From contig CATNEN010000024.1 in assembly GCA_950097015.1 (NCBI GenBank), positions 4,588,001 to 4,652,000 on the forward strand: a stretch of 64,000 bases of DNA, written 5' to 3'. The position numbers and the translations under genes were made by a program. The notes under the pieces were generated by a model. It was not told where the DNA came from. It searched no databases and saw nothing but the letters and a program-made list of their open reading frames with translations. Shown one piece after another: positions 26,410-39,829 of the stretch (position 1 is the stretch's first letter; every line of letters starts with the position of its first letter). Origin of the DNA: Macrostomum hystrix. Lineage: Eukaryota > Animalia > Platyhelminthes.

Positions 26410-27135
26410 GTATTCCATATTTAACGAATATCCCATATTTAACGAATATCCCATATTCAACGAATATCTCATATTTAACAAATATCCCATATTTAACGAA
26501 TATCCCATATTTAACGAATATCCCATATTTAACGAATATCCCATATTTAACGAATATCCCATATTTAACGAATATCCCATATTTAACGAAGATCACATAT
26601 TTAACGAATATCCCATATTTAACGAATATCCCATATTTAACGAATATCCCATATTCAACGAATATCTCATATTTAACAAATATCCCATATTTAACGAATA
26701 TCCCATATTTAACGAATATCCCATATTTAACGAATATCACATATTTAACGAATACCCCATATTTAACGAATATCCCATATTTAACGAATATCCCATATTT
26801 AACGAATATCCCATATTTAACGAATATCCCATATTTAACGAATATCCCATATTCAACGAATATCTCATATTTAACAAATATCCCATATTTAACGAATATC
26901 CCATATTTAACGAATATCCCATATTTAACGAATATCCCATATTTAACGAATATCCCATATTTAACGAATATCCCAGATTTAACGAATATCCCATATTTAA
27001 CGAATATCCCATATTTAACGAATATTCCATATTTAACGAATATCCCATATTTAACGAATATCCCATATTTAAAGAATATCCCATATTTAAAGAATATTCC
27101 ATATTTAACGAATATCCCATATTTAACGAATATCC
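26410..27135. repeat. 18-bp minisatellite (tatttaacgaatatccca), about 40 copies
   Basis: Variant unit tattcaacgaatatctca recurs every 198 bp (11 units). Confidence 0.95.
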
Positions 27136-28194
27136 TAGAAAAAGTTATATCCCAGATTTAACGGAAATCCGTTATGTAACTAAAACCTCAGATTTAACGA
27201 AAATCCCTGATTTTACGAAAGTCCCAGATGTAACTATTATCCCAGATTTAACGAATGTCCAAGACCTACTTTATAAGGACAGTTTCCTTATAAAGCTGAA
27301 TTCTCAAATCTCAATTTTATTCAACTTTCAATTTTGTTAAAAAAAAGCATTTCTGCATGCGCAAAAATGTTAATTCTCCCCTGGTGTGCCAAAGGCTGGA
27401 TAATATTGGGAAGTGCAATCATCCAGATGGCTTCACTCCGCTGATAACTATAATATTGACGCACGAACACAGCAGCTATATGGCTCTTTTAGCTATTTTA
27501 GCTAGGCTGAATTGAGTGCACACGAGGAAAATAATATTATTGGGAGAAATTTATTCCAGAATCCAGATGTATCAGATTATGAAGGTCTCACTCAACAGCT
27601 CAACAGGTATAGTGAATGCCTGAGCTAAGTCTCTTGGCAGTCATCGAACTGGGATAGCTTGGAATGAAATGCGCAGACAGGATGGCTGCATAGGTTTAGG
27701 CCTGTCAGACCGAAGGGGATAAAGGTATCAAAATGCTTCTCTACCATTGCTTTTAACAGTTGCCAGCAATGCGCCTGGCTCTCGTGTCCGGTATGTCGGA
27801 CCAGTTTTTCCTAGGCACGGCTCATCACTAGCTCGGTGGATGAAGGAGAAAATTTGCAACTCAGAGTCCCTGCTCACGTCTCAGACAATACGCTAATTGA
27901 GTTTCAGTCGTTTTTTTCTGCTGCTGCCTTCTGTTTTGGCTACAGAAATTTATTATTGCTTTTAGTTGTTCGACCAGTTTGTAGCGGGCATCGAACACTC
28001 CAAATAGATTGTAGTCGAACCCCAAGGAACGACAAAACGTGCTTCCGCACCTCGCCAGCCGCATTTTGTTAAAGATTTTTTTCATTTCTTTGTTTTCTGT
28101 TGAAAATTAGAAGTTAGCTGAATCTTGGTCACATCAACCAATGGATGACTTCGGCTTTTACAAGAAAATCACGATTTGAGGAAATTATTGGGGA

Positions 28195-29085
28195 ATAGAG
28201 GTGAAGTGAGAGGAGGAGTGGGAGAGTGAGGGGAATAGAGGTGAAGTGAGGGGGAGAGAGGGAGAGTGAGGGGGAGAGAGGGAGAGTGAGGGGGAGAGAG
28301 GGAGAGTGAGGGGGAGAGAGGGAGAGTGGGGGGGAGAGAGGGAGAGTGAGGGGGAGAGAGGTAGAGTGAGAGGGAGAGAGGGAGAGTGAGGGGAAGAGAG
28401 GGAGAGTGAGAGCGGGAGAGGGAGAGTGAGAGGGAGAGGGGTAGAGTGAGAGGGAGAGAGGGAGAGTGAGGGGGAGAGAGGGAGAGTGAGAGCGGGAGAG
28501 GGAGAGTGAGAGGGAGAGGGGTAGAGTGAGGGGGAGAGAGGGAGAGTGAGAGGGAGAGAGGGAGTGAGAGCGAGAGAGGGAGAGTGAGAGGGAGAGAGGT
28601 AGAGTGAGGGGGAGAGAGGTAGAGTGAGGGGGAGAGAGGGAGAGTGAGGGGGGAGAGGGAGAGTGAGGGGGAGAGAGGTAGAGTGAGGGGGAGAGAGGGC
28701 GAGTGAGGGGGAGAGAGGTAGAGTGAGGGGGAGAGAGGGCGAGTGAGAGGGAGAGAGGGAGAGTGAGGGGGAGAGAGGGAGAGTGAGAGCGGGAGAGGGA
28801 GAGTGAGAGGGAGAGGGGTAGAGTGAGGGGGAGAGAGGGAGAGTGAGAGGGAGAGAGGGAGTGAGAGCGAGAGAGGGAGAGTGAGAGGGAGAGAGGTAGA
28901 GTGAGGGGGAGAGAGGTAGAGTGAGGGGGAGAGAGGGAGAGTGAGGGGGGGAGAGGGAGAGTGAGGGGGAGAGAGGTAGAGTGAGGGGGAGAGAGGGCGA
29001 GTGAGGGGGAGAGAGGTAGAGTGAGGGGGAGAGAGGGCGAGTGAGGGGGAGAGAGGTAGAGTGAGGGGGAGAGAGGTAGAGTGAG
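28195..29085. repeat. GA-rich array (gagagagggagagtgaggg-type)
   Basis: Reverse-complement counterpart of the CT tracts at 24845-25830. Confidence 0.9.
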
Positions 29086-31712
29086 ATGTGGTGAAAGATT
29101 CCGGGCTTTCGCAACGGAATTTAACTCAAGATATAATCTTTCCTATGCATCACAGGAGCCGCCCGGATGCAGCGCCGGCTGAGAATTGAGCACAGATTCT
29201 AACAACTGCAAACTGGCAGAGCTGCTGGAAGCCGAGAACGGAGGTCAGCGAGTGGAAAAGCGATGCGAGATGTTGCAGGGATGAGGCGGAGAAGGGTCAG
29301 CGGAGAAAGGGAGGAGACACCACACGGAATGATCGATATTTCTTGCCGCCGCAGATCGATTCGTCACGCTCTCTCTCTTTCTCTTCTGCTTCTGCCAGTT
29401 CTGCTTCTTCCGCCTCTCGCTCTCTCTCATTTTCTGCTGGCCATTTTAACGGTGCTTTGAACACGGCGAAGTAACCTGAACAGACGTTTCTGTTTAGAAA
29501 TGAAAGCGGCGGAGGACCCAATGATTCTTGGTTCTTGGAGGGCCCGCTGAACCGGCCGGAGAACCGCCCACGGGCAGGGTGAGGGGGGTGAAGAGGAGGG
29601 AGAGGGGAGACTTTTCCCAACTAATTTAGGATGCGAAATTAATGGCGAAAGAGCGAGAGAAAGAGGAAAAGAAATTCAATGGGACCCGGGAAAACATTGA
29701 CGCGGAGGTCTTTGATGGTGATGGCGGCTCACTGCTCAAGTCGAAACAAATCTATCTATTTAGGAAAGTTTGCCCACCGCCACCTTGATAGAGAGCGGTG
29801 GGGCCTAATCAGGAGGCGGTCTGTCAGATTCAGATGAGGTTTCTATTAAGGTGCGATAAGCCGGGCCCAGCCTCCCTAATCTCCCTCATCATCGGAGCAG
29901 CCAGAGGCCGGGCGAAGCGACGAAGCAAAAGGGAAAATCTGGGCCAGCTCAAGCATGAGAAGATCTTTGGCTCCCTGTCTCAGCAGTTCTGCTTCCCCTG
30001 TCACAATGTCACAATTATGCATTCACAGTTTGCTATTTACTTCGCTGACTGCAGTGTTTGGTCTCAATGCCGAGTAATCCATTCGCTCAGCTTCATCAGA
30101 GAAGAATAGAGGGCCTATCGCTAATTTCCAATCAAATATCGGCCGATCCCCTGACAGCAGACACTGTGGATGGCAGGTCCTCCAGCAGCAGCTGCTGCTC
30201 GATTTGCTTTCAATCTTCCGCTTCTGCTTCTTAATCGTTTTGCTCCGCCTCCGTTAATTCGTCGAGTCAACAGACACCAGACGGTGCGAATTCGGTGCTG
30301 GGGGATAAAGGGGGATTTGAAGGTGGGCTTTGTGTGCCAGGGATATAAAGCCATCGGGCAATCGTCTAAATTGGTTTGGACAGTTTTTGAGATCCCGTCT
30401 GGAGAAAATACACGGAAGTCTCACACACGCATTCACGGTGCGACGCGATTTTAAATGAAGGATGAGCCCAAGGGGGCCAAGGGGAGCGGGGATAAAAAAT
30501 GGCCTGCTCGGTATAAAAGAGGGATGATTGTGAAAAGATTGGAGGCTTCATGCAGAAGTTTCGGAGGTGGCTATATAGGCTGCTAAAATGGTGTTGCCGG
30601 AAAAGTGACGGCCTCTTAAAAGAACTCAATAGCTCGCTAACTAGCCACTGCTCATAACACTGCGGGCATATTGCTGATGGGGAGGATTGGGTGTGGCTAA
30701 ATCTACCGCTTATGGGCCTGAACGGCCCTCACTTTTAATACCGACGAAATTAGGGGAGAATCGTATAAGAGGAGAATCAGGGAGCGAGCGAAAATGACAA
30801 ATCGCCGGTTAGTCGCAACTATATAAGAAATCGGGAGGCCGCCCGCGTATTTTGAGTCGGGATTATCTACCAGTTGGCCCTCCAAACCTCCTCACTCCCG
30901 AACCTCCCTTGCAGATCCCAGAACCCTTTATCCCCTGTATACGCCCCGCAGGCTGGAGAAATCGCTTCGCATCCTGTTTGAGTCGGGGTTCGCTATGCAG
31001 CAGCAGCAGCAGCAGCAGCAGCCCGCCCACCTAAGCGTTGGCAACACTTATGCATTCTGATGCTCCGCCATTCGAGAAAAACAGAATCAAGACACAGGAG
31101 AGAAAGTGGCTGACAGAGAAGGGGATTAGACAGGCGAGCCAATCTTCCCTTCTCCAATTTTCCCCAACCACCTTAGGGGGGCGCCAGGCAAAAGCCTGAG
31201 GGAGATTGAGGAGGGGATAAAGGGGAACGGTAAGAGGGAGATTCCAGCTAGAATTAGGGTGGAGGTACCTCTCTCTCCAAACTCAACCTTTCATTTCTCT
31301 CTGCAGCCATGTGAGAGCCGCTAGCCTTCGTACCCAATGTCCTCACAATCGCATCCCACCGGCCCCCGCCCCTAATTTCCCAAGGCGGCGATAAAACCTG
31401 GCCAAGATACATCAGCCGAGGTTGAGCTATATATATATATATATGCGTAGTTAGAGATCTGGAATGAAAGATGAACCGATATACGAGCTATATTTTGCTG
31501 GTATGTAGGTAAAAAAATTAGAAAAGCAAACTATGCCTAATTAATGACACTGGTTAAGTTTTAATCGTGATTCACATTTTATTTCCTATTTAATTCATTG
31601 AATGAATAAATATATAAAAAGGTAAATCTGTTTTCAAATTTACTTGTACAGTGTGACCAAATATTTCTGGATAGGATTAAATAAGTTTGAATAAGAATGA
31701 AAAATCTGTGGA

Positions 31713-34700
31713 CTAATGCATGTCCAAGTAGTCCTTTACTAGGCTGTCCAAAGTTGTGTAGGAGCTGGTCTGAAAACAAATAAATCAGTTTTGTTTGTAC
31801 GTGACTTGCTTAATTTAAGCCGAACGCTAACGAAAAATTGTGTCAGATCAAAGTTTTCGGGTCAGATGAGAGTTTTTGGGTCAGATGAGAGTTTTTGGGT
31901 CAGATGAGAGTTTTTTTAGGTCAGATGAGAGTTTTTGGGTCAGATGAGAGTTTTTGGGTCAGATGAGAGTTTTTTGGGTCAGATGAGAGCTTTTGGGTCA
32001 GATCAGAGTTTTTGGGTCAGATGAGAGTTTTTGGGTCAGATAAGAGTTTTTGGGTCAGATGAGAGCTTTTGGGTCAGATGAGAGCTTTTGGGTCAGATCA
32101 GAGTTTTTGGGTCAGATGAGAGCTTTTGGGTCAGATCAGAGTTTTTGGGTCAGATGAGAGCTTTTGGGTCAGATGAGAGCTTTTGGGTCAGATCAGAGCT
32201 TTTGGGTCAGATCAGAGTTTTTGGGTCAGATCAGAGTTTTTGGGTCAGATGAGAGCTTTTGGGTCGCATGAGAGCTTTTCGGTCAGATCAGAGTTTTTGG
32301 GTCAGATCAGAGTTTTTGGGTCAGATCAGAGTTTTTGGGTCAGATGAGAGCTTTTGGGTCAGATCAGAGTTTTTGGGTCAGATGAGAGCTTTTGGGTCAG
32401 ATCAGAGTTTTTGGGTCAGATGAGAGCTTTTGGGTCAGTTAAGAGTTTTTGGGTCAGTTAAGAGTTTTTGGGTCAGATCAGAGTTTTTTGGGCCAGATCA
32501 GAAGTTTTTTGGGCCAGATCAGAGTTTTTTGGGTCAGATTAGAGTTTTTTGGGTCAGATCAGACTTTTTGGGTCAGATCAGAGTTTTTGGGTCAGATCAG
32601 AGCTTTTGGGTCAGATCAGAGTTTTTTTGAGTCAGATTAATTTTTAGGTCAGATCAGATTTTAGCGGTCAGATTAAAGTTGTCTGTGGGTCAGATAACAA
32701 TGTGCAGAAGTTCTGTCTATGGCCAAACTCACCCGATGGTTAAATACGCTCTCAATCTGTTTAGCGTTGACCAGCAGGTCGCATCGATGAGCCGCCGCCG
32801 CCGCCGCAGTTGCCGACTGTCTAGAAGCTGCGGCGCGATTTAACAGCTTGACGCCGAAGCGCAGAGCCTTCTGGCCCTCCTCCGGCTGACCGATGTACTT
32901 TATAATCCCCTCCTGCTGCTTTTGCTGTTCCAAGCGCAGGGTCACCCTGTCGCCCAGGTGAATGAGCAGACCAACCAGGCGGCTACGCAACTGACGACTA
33001 GGTCGACGGCCGAGGCCGCTGTCACTCCCGCCTCCGCCTTGGGCAACGCTGCTGAAGCTGCCGAAGCTGCTCTGGACAGCTGAATTTGCTATTGCTGATT
33101 TTGTCAACTGCGCTTTGACACCGACGTTACTGGCACTGCTGTTGAAGCTGCTTGTTGGTGTATCGAGCGATTTCTGAGCTGACTAAAAGAGTTTAAATAT
33201 TTCGCTTTAAAAGTAGCTACTTGTGAGTAGAAAAAGCCGTGTTTTGGTCTCGGGAATGCGCACCATAGACAGAGACTAAGAGACTTTAGGATTCCAAAAT
33301 ACTATTTTGTGATCCATGCGGATGACATTTCCGGATCATGGAGGGATATTTGGGAATCGATGAGTGAGATTTGGGGATCAAGGAGGTTGAGTATTAAGGT
33401 GGAAGATTAGGGGATAAAAGGTCTAGATTTGGGGGTGAGTGGCAGAGCGGCTAACGCGTTTGCCTCTCGCACCAAAGTCCCTGAGCTCGATTCCACGGCG
33501 AGGCCACATTTATTTGGGGCGCAGCCGCGGAGAGAAGGCTTGGGGGCTTGTCGTGCAATTTACGACCTTGAGGGCCAACCTCCAAGGCACAGTGAGAGTG
33601 TACACTGCCTGACGATGAGAAAGTCAGGGCAGATGTACACACCTGTGTGATCGAGTGCCTGCGAACAGTATCTGTGTGCGTGTGTGCTCAGGAGTCAGCG
33701 AAATGGGCAGAATTGCCTCCTCGCTGGCTGCAGGTCTAGTGTCACCAAATGATGCATTATTGCCCGCAGCCCTCCTGCAAGTATTATTATTGTTATTATT
33801 ATTATTTTATTTTATTTATTAGGGCCTAAAATTGTGGGATTTAGAATACATAATTTAGAATCATATATTAGCTATTTTAGATCAAGGACTCAAGTTTTAC
33901 TCAATGATTGCTAATTAGGGATTCGAGAAGGGAAATCATGTGAGCAACTCCTTCACAATATCCCGACGCTCACGCTGTTGAACTCAACGGCACTCGACTG
34001 CGAAGCCGTCTCGCTCTTGGACTCCTCGGAAGCTTCTTGCTGAACAGTTCCAGTGGAACTCTCCCTGCAATTCTCAGCCCAACCATCAGGCCAGCTCAGC
34101 TCAGGATTCAGGCGGCGCAGTTCAGTCAGCAGGCAGCGCAGCTTCTCGACCTCCGCTTTAGTCGCTGCCAACTCGTCGCCTACCCGGCGCTGAAGCCGAC
34201 GCGCCGCTGAAGTCAGAAGCTGGGCATCGTTGGCAGCATCCGTCAGACGACGATTTTCATCAAGCAGTCGCTGGCGACCCTCCATAGCCTCGGCGCAGTC
34301 CTGAAGGCGATCGTCCAGCATGGCTGCTCGCTCCGCTTCGAATCTTAGCTGGTCGGTGAGGCCGGCGACTCGATCCCGCGACCTCTGCTCGGCCAGTTTG
34401 GCGACCTTGTCGGATTGGATGCAAGTCGATATTGGTTATAATCGCATAAGGAAATGCACATATTCATTTTTTGTCCTCAGCTAAATACCTCCACGTCTTT
34501 TTCGGCAGCCTGTTGTCGGCCCAGTGACTGGCAAAGCTCAAAGTCTTTCTCGCGAATAGTTTGTCTGTTGAAAATAAATTTGCGTAATAAATAATTAGAC
34601 TTACAATGATTTTGCTAAGGACTAGTAGGAGTCGAAGGACGGGAACCTAAGTTTCTTAGAATATGTTTAGAAGGCTGGCTTTTGCAGAACAAATACACTT

Positions 34701-37054
34701 CGGGATTTTTTACTCACAAAAAATCACGATCGCTTTTTATTAGAACCAGATCCAAAGCTGTTCTTTTTATTTAACTTACCTAACATTTTGTTCCAACAAA
34801 TTCTACAAAGTTGTATTCATGGAAACCTGATCGTCATGCCATTTTCTGATAGTATGCCTCCCAAAAGCCTTCTAAACATTTGTTTTCTAAGAAACTTACT
34901 AGACGAACTCTCAGTAGACCTCGTGTTTTCGCATTTTCAAAAAATTGTTTGTTAAATTGATTTCAGCGTCACTCACTCCAACTGATTGACTTTCCCCTTC
35001 AGTGTCTTAACCTCAGCTTCGAGGTCGTCAATCTTGTGGCCTGAAATCCAGTTTTAACAAACAGAGAGTGCTGATAAAACAACAAAGAATCTCGTAATAA
35101 TAGCCATGAGAATCCTAGTGTCATGAGAATGCTAGTGTCATGAGAATCCTAGTGTCATGAGGATCCTAGTGACATGAGAATCCTAGTGTCATGAGAATCC
35201 TAGTGTCATGAGAATCCTAGTGCCATGAGAATCCTAGTGTCATGAGAATCCTAGTGTCATGAGAATCCTAGTGTCATGAGAATCCTAGTGCCATGAGAAT
35301 CCTAGTGTCATGAGAATCCTAGTGTCATGAGAATCCTAGTGCCATGAGAATCCTAGTGTCATGAGAATCCTAGTGTCATGGGAATCCTAGTGTCATGAGG
35401 ATCCTAGTGTCATGAGAATCCTAGTGTCATGAGAATCCTAGTGTCATGAGAATCCTAGTGTCATGGGAATCCTAGTGTCATGAGAATCCTAGTGTCATGA
35501 GAATCCTAGTGTTATGGGAATCCTAGTGTCATGAGAATCCTAGTGTCATGGGAATCCTAGTGCCATGAGAATCCTAGTGTCATGAGAATACTAGTGTCAT
35601 GGGAATCCTAGTGTCATGAGAATCCTAGTGTCATGAGAATCCAAGTGTCATGGGAATACTAGTGTCATGAGGATCCTAGTGTCATGAGAATCCTAGTGTC
35701 ATGAGAATCCTAGTGTCATGAGAATCCTAGTTTCATGAGAATCCTAGTGTCATGGGAATCCTAGTGTCATGAGAATCCAAGTGTCATGAGAATCCTAGTG
35801 TCTTGAGAATCCTAGTTTCATGAGAATCCTAGTGTCATGGGAATCCTAGTGTCATGAGAATCCTAGTGTCATGAGGATCCTAGTGTCATGAGGATCCTAG
35901 TGTCATGGGAATCCTAGTGTCATGAGAATCCCAGTGTGAGATCTTACTAGTCATGAGAATCCTAGTGTCATGAGAATCCTAGTGTCATGAGAATCCTAGT
36001 TTCATGAGAATCCTAGTGTCATGGGAATCCTAGTGTCATGAGAATCCTAGTGTCATGAGGATCCTAGTGTCATGAGGATCCTAGTGTCATGAGAATCCCA
36101 GTGTGAGATCTTACTAGTCATGAGAATCCTAGTGTCATGAGAATCCTAGTGTCATGAGAATCCTAGTGTCATGAGAATCCTAGTGTCATGAGAATCCTAG
36201 TGTCATGGGAATCCTAGTGTCATGAGAATCCTAGTGTCATGGGAATCCTAGTGTCATGAGAATCCTAGTGTCATGAGAATCCCAGTGTGAGATCTTACTA
36301 GTCATGAGAATCCTATTATGAGATCCCACAAGTCATGAGAATCCTAGTGTGAGATCCCACAAGTCATGAGAATCCTAGTGTGAGATCCCACAAGTCATGA
36401 GAATCCTAGTGTGAGATCCCACAAGTCATGAGAATCCTAGTGTGAGATCCCGCAAGTCATGAGAATCCTAGTGTGAGATGTCACATGTCATGAGAATCCT
36501 AGTGTGAGATCCCACAAGTCATGAGAATCCTAGTTTGAGATCCCACAAGTCATGAGAATCCTAGTGTGAGATCCCACAAGTCATGAGAATCCTAGTGTGA
36601 GATCCCACAAGTCATGAGAATCCTAGTGTGAGATCCCACAAGTCATGAGAATCCTAGTGTGAGATGTCACATGTCATGAGAATCCTAGTGTGAGATCCCA
36701 CAAGTCATGAGAATCCTAGTGTGAGATGTCACATGTCATGAGAATCCTAGTGTGAGATCCCACAAGTCATGAGAATCCTAGTGTGAGATGTCACATGTCA
36801 TGAGAATCCTAGTGTGAGATCCCACAAGTCATGAGAATCCGGGCCTCACCTTTCTCCTCCAGAGTTCTCATCTGTTTTGCTCTGCGCCTTAGCTCCGCCT
36901 CCTTCTCTTTCAATAAATCCTCCTTGTTACTCAGCTCCTGTCTCAGCTTGTCGTGACTGTGCTCAAGTCGCACTAGTTGAGCAGTCTTCTCGGCTAGCTC
37001 AGGCATCAGGTCTTCGTTGTCCATGCGTTTATGGCAGTGCAATGAAAGTGTTTG
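31713..37054 (-). CDS. Coiled-coil protein with C-terminal degenerate CAP-Gly-like domain (6 linked exons, 5' end uncertain)
   Basis: Exons 37054-36850, 35040-34977, 34564-34489, 34405-33974, 33182-32733, 31769-31713 splice in frame (phases 1,2,0,0,0). Heptad-rich segments LRQELSNKEDLLKEKEAELRRR and KIDDLEAEVKTLKGKVNQLE; IHLGDRVTL..EGIIKYIGQ..LRFGVKL resembles the CAP-Gly core; ends TSSYTTLDSLVKDYLDMH*. The acceptor at 34405 is a weak AAG. Confidence 0.7.
31855..32665. repeat. About 20-bp minisatellite (gggtcagatcagagttttt)
   Basis: Fills the last intron of the coiled-coil gene. Confidence 0.93.
33431..33665 (+). mobile_element. tRNA-derived SINE, family 1
   Basis: gggggtgagtggcagagcggctaacgcg head, gagctcgattcc B box, body collinear with 2915-3148. 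Confidence 0.85.
35105..36840. repeat. 17-bp minisatellite (catgagaatcctagtgt) grading into a 31-bp derivative
   Basis: 17-mer to about 36300, then catgagaatcctagtgtgagatcccacaagt. Confidence 0.95.
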
Positions 37055-37439
37055 CTAAAACAGAAACCAGATCTCTACTGCCATAGGCAAAACCAACTGT
37101 GTGCAACTAACGGAACGCCTGCTTTGCCAGCCTCCTTAACTGTTTGTTTCTACACGTTGGAGTTATTTCACTTTGCGTCTGCTTGAAGCGATAATTTAAA
37201 TTATATATATCTCTCGCTGTCTATATCTTCTCATTGTAAGCTTTACATTCCTTACATTCTCTGGTCCGTGGAGTGTTAAAATATTAGAGTGGCCTTCGTC
37301 GAGGGTGGGGTGGAGACAGAGTAAGCAAACTGAAAAAAGAAAGAAAATAACTTTGCACACTGCATACAGCAATGCAAAATATTTTATAGTAGCTCGTGAA
37401 GCAGTTATCTACAAAATAAAGATAATTTTCTAGGATGGA

Positions 37440-39820
37440 TATTCGGAATCAAGTAGTTAGATTCGGGATCAAGTAGTTAGATTGGGATCAAGTAGTTAGA
37501 TTTGGGATCAAGTAGTTAGATTTGGGATCAAGTAGTTGGATTCGTGTTCAAGTAGTTAGATTTGGGATCAAGTAGTTAGATTTGGGATCAAGTAGTTCGA
37601 TTTAGGATCAAGTAGTTAGATTTGGGATCAAGTAGTTAGATTTGGGATCAAGTAGTTAGATTTGGGATCAAGTAGTTAGATTTGGGATCAAGTAGTTAGA
37701 TTCGTGTTCAAGTAGTTAGATTTGGGATCAAGTAGTTAGATTTGGGATCAAGTAGTTAGATTTGGGATCAAGTAGTTAGATTTGGGATCAAGTAGTTGGA
37801 TTCGTGTTCAAGTAGTTAGATTTGGGATCAAGTAGTTAGATTTGGGATCAAGTAGTTCGATTTAGGATCAAGTAGTTAGATTTGGGATCAAGTAGTTAGA
37901 TTTGGGATCAAGTAGTTAGATTTGGGATCAAGTAGTTAGATTTGGGATCAAGTAGTTAGATTTGGGATCAAGTAGTTAGATTTGGGATCAAGTAGTTAGA
38001 TTTGGGATCAAGTCGTTAGATTTGGGATCAAGTAGTTAGATTTGGGATCAAGTAGTTGGATTCGTGTTTAAGTAGTTAGATTTGGGATCAAGTAGTTAGA
38101 TTTGGGATCAAGTAGTTAGATTTGGGATCAAGTAGTTGGATTCGGGATCAAGTAGTTGGATTCGTGTTCAAGTAGTTAGATTTGGGATCAAGTAGTTAGA
38201 TTTGGGATCAAGTATTTAGATTTGGGATCAAGTAGTTGGATTTGGGATCAAGTAGTTGGATTCGTGTTCAAGTAGTTAGATTTGGGATCAAGTAGTTAGA
38301 TTTGGGATCAAGTATTTAGATTCGGGATCAAGTAGTTAGATTTGGGATCAAGTAGTTAGATTTGGGATCAAGTAGTTAGATTTGGGATCAAGTAGTTAGA
38401 TTTGGGATCAAGTAGTTAGAGTCGGGATCAAGTAGTTGGATTTGGGATCAAGTAGTTGGATTTGGGATCAAGTAGTTGGATTTGGGATCAAGTAGTTGGA
38501 TTCGGGATCAAGTAGTTGGATTTGGGATCAAGTAGTTGGATTTGGGATCAAGTAGTTGGATTCGGGATCAAGTAGTTAGATTTGGGATCAAGTAGTTAGA
38601 TTTGGGATCAAGTAGTTGGATTTGGGATCAAGTAGTTAGATTTGGGATCAAGTAGTTAGATTCGGGATCAAGTAGTTAGATTTGGGATCAAGTAGTTAGA
38701 TTCGGGATCAAGTAGTTAGATTTGGGATCAAGTAGTTGGATTTAGGATCAAGTAGTTAGATTTGGGATCAAGTAGTTAGATTTGGGATCAATTAGTTAGA
38801 TTTGGGATCAAGTAGTTAGATTTGGGATCAAGTAGTTAGATTTGGGATCAAGTAGTTAGATTTGGGATCAAGTAGTTAGATTTGGGATCAAGTCGTTAGA
38901 TTTGGGATCAAGTAGTTAGATTTGGGATCAAGTAGTTGGATTCGTGTTTAAGTAGTTAGATTTGGGATCAAGTAGTTAGATTGGGATCAAGTAGTTAGAT
39001 TTGGGATCAAGTAGTTAGATTTGGGATCAAGTAGTTGGATTCGTGTTCAAGTAGTTAGATTTGGGATCAAGTAGTTAGATTTGGGATCAAGTATTTAGAT
39101 TTGGGATCAAGTAGTTGGATTTGGGATCAAGTAGTTGGATTCGTGTTCAAGTAGTTAGATTTGGGATCAAGTAGTTAGATTTGGGATCAAGTATTTAGAT
39201 TCGGGATCAAGTAGTTAGATTTGGGATCAAGTAGTTAGATTTGGGATCAAGTAGTTAGATTTGGGATCAAGTAGTTAGATTTGGGATCAAGTAGTTAGAG
39301 TCGGGATCAAGTAGTTGGATTTGGGATCAAGTAGTTGGATTTGGGATCAAGTAGTTGGATTTGGGATCAAGTAGTTGGATTCGGGATCAAGTAGTTGGAT
39401 TTGGGATCAAGTAGTTGGATTTGGGATCAAGTAGTTGGATTCGGGATCAAGTAGTTAGATTTGGGATCAAGTAGTTAGATTTGGGATCAAGTAGTTGGAT
39501 TTGGGATCAAGTAGTTAGATTTGGGATCAAGTAGTTAGATTCGGGATCAAGTAGTTAGATTTGGGATCAAGTAGTTAGATTCGGGATCAAGTAGTTAGAT
39601 TTGGGATCAAGTAGTTGGATTTGGGATCAAGTAGTTAGATTTGGGATCAAGTAGTTAGATTTGGGATCAAGTAGTTAGATTTGGGATCAAGTAGTTGGAT
39701 TTGGGATCAAGTAGTTCGATTCGGGATCAAGTAGTTGGATTTGAGATCAAGTAGTTAGATTTGGGATCAAGTAGTTAGATTTGGGATCAAGTAGTCAGAT
39801 TGGGATCAAGTAGTTAGATT
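37440..39820. repeat. 20-bp minisatellite (gatttgggatcaagtagtta), about 119 copies
   Basis: Homogeneous array with an internal 880-bp block duplication. Confidence 0.96.
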
Positions 39821-39829
39821 TTGACTCAC

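Noticed and set aside
26175-27161. 328-aa YLTNIP-repeat ORF
   Set aside because: Translation of the 18-bp array.
30080-30110. Minus-strand CUGAUGA-A-GC-UGA-GC-GAAU as a hammerhead
   Set aside because: GAAU rather than GAAA, and no stem I or stem III partner downstream.
33605-33635. ctgacgatgagaaagtc in SINE family 1 as a hammerhead
   Set aside because: No stem II, only one base between GAAA and UC, and stem I cannot form; CUGAC pairs with GUCAG in a simple hairpin instead.
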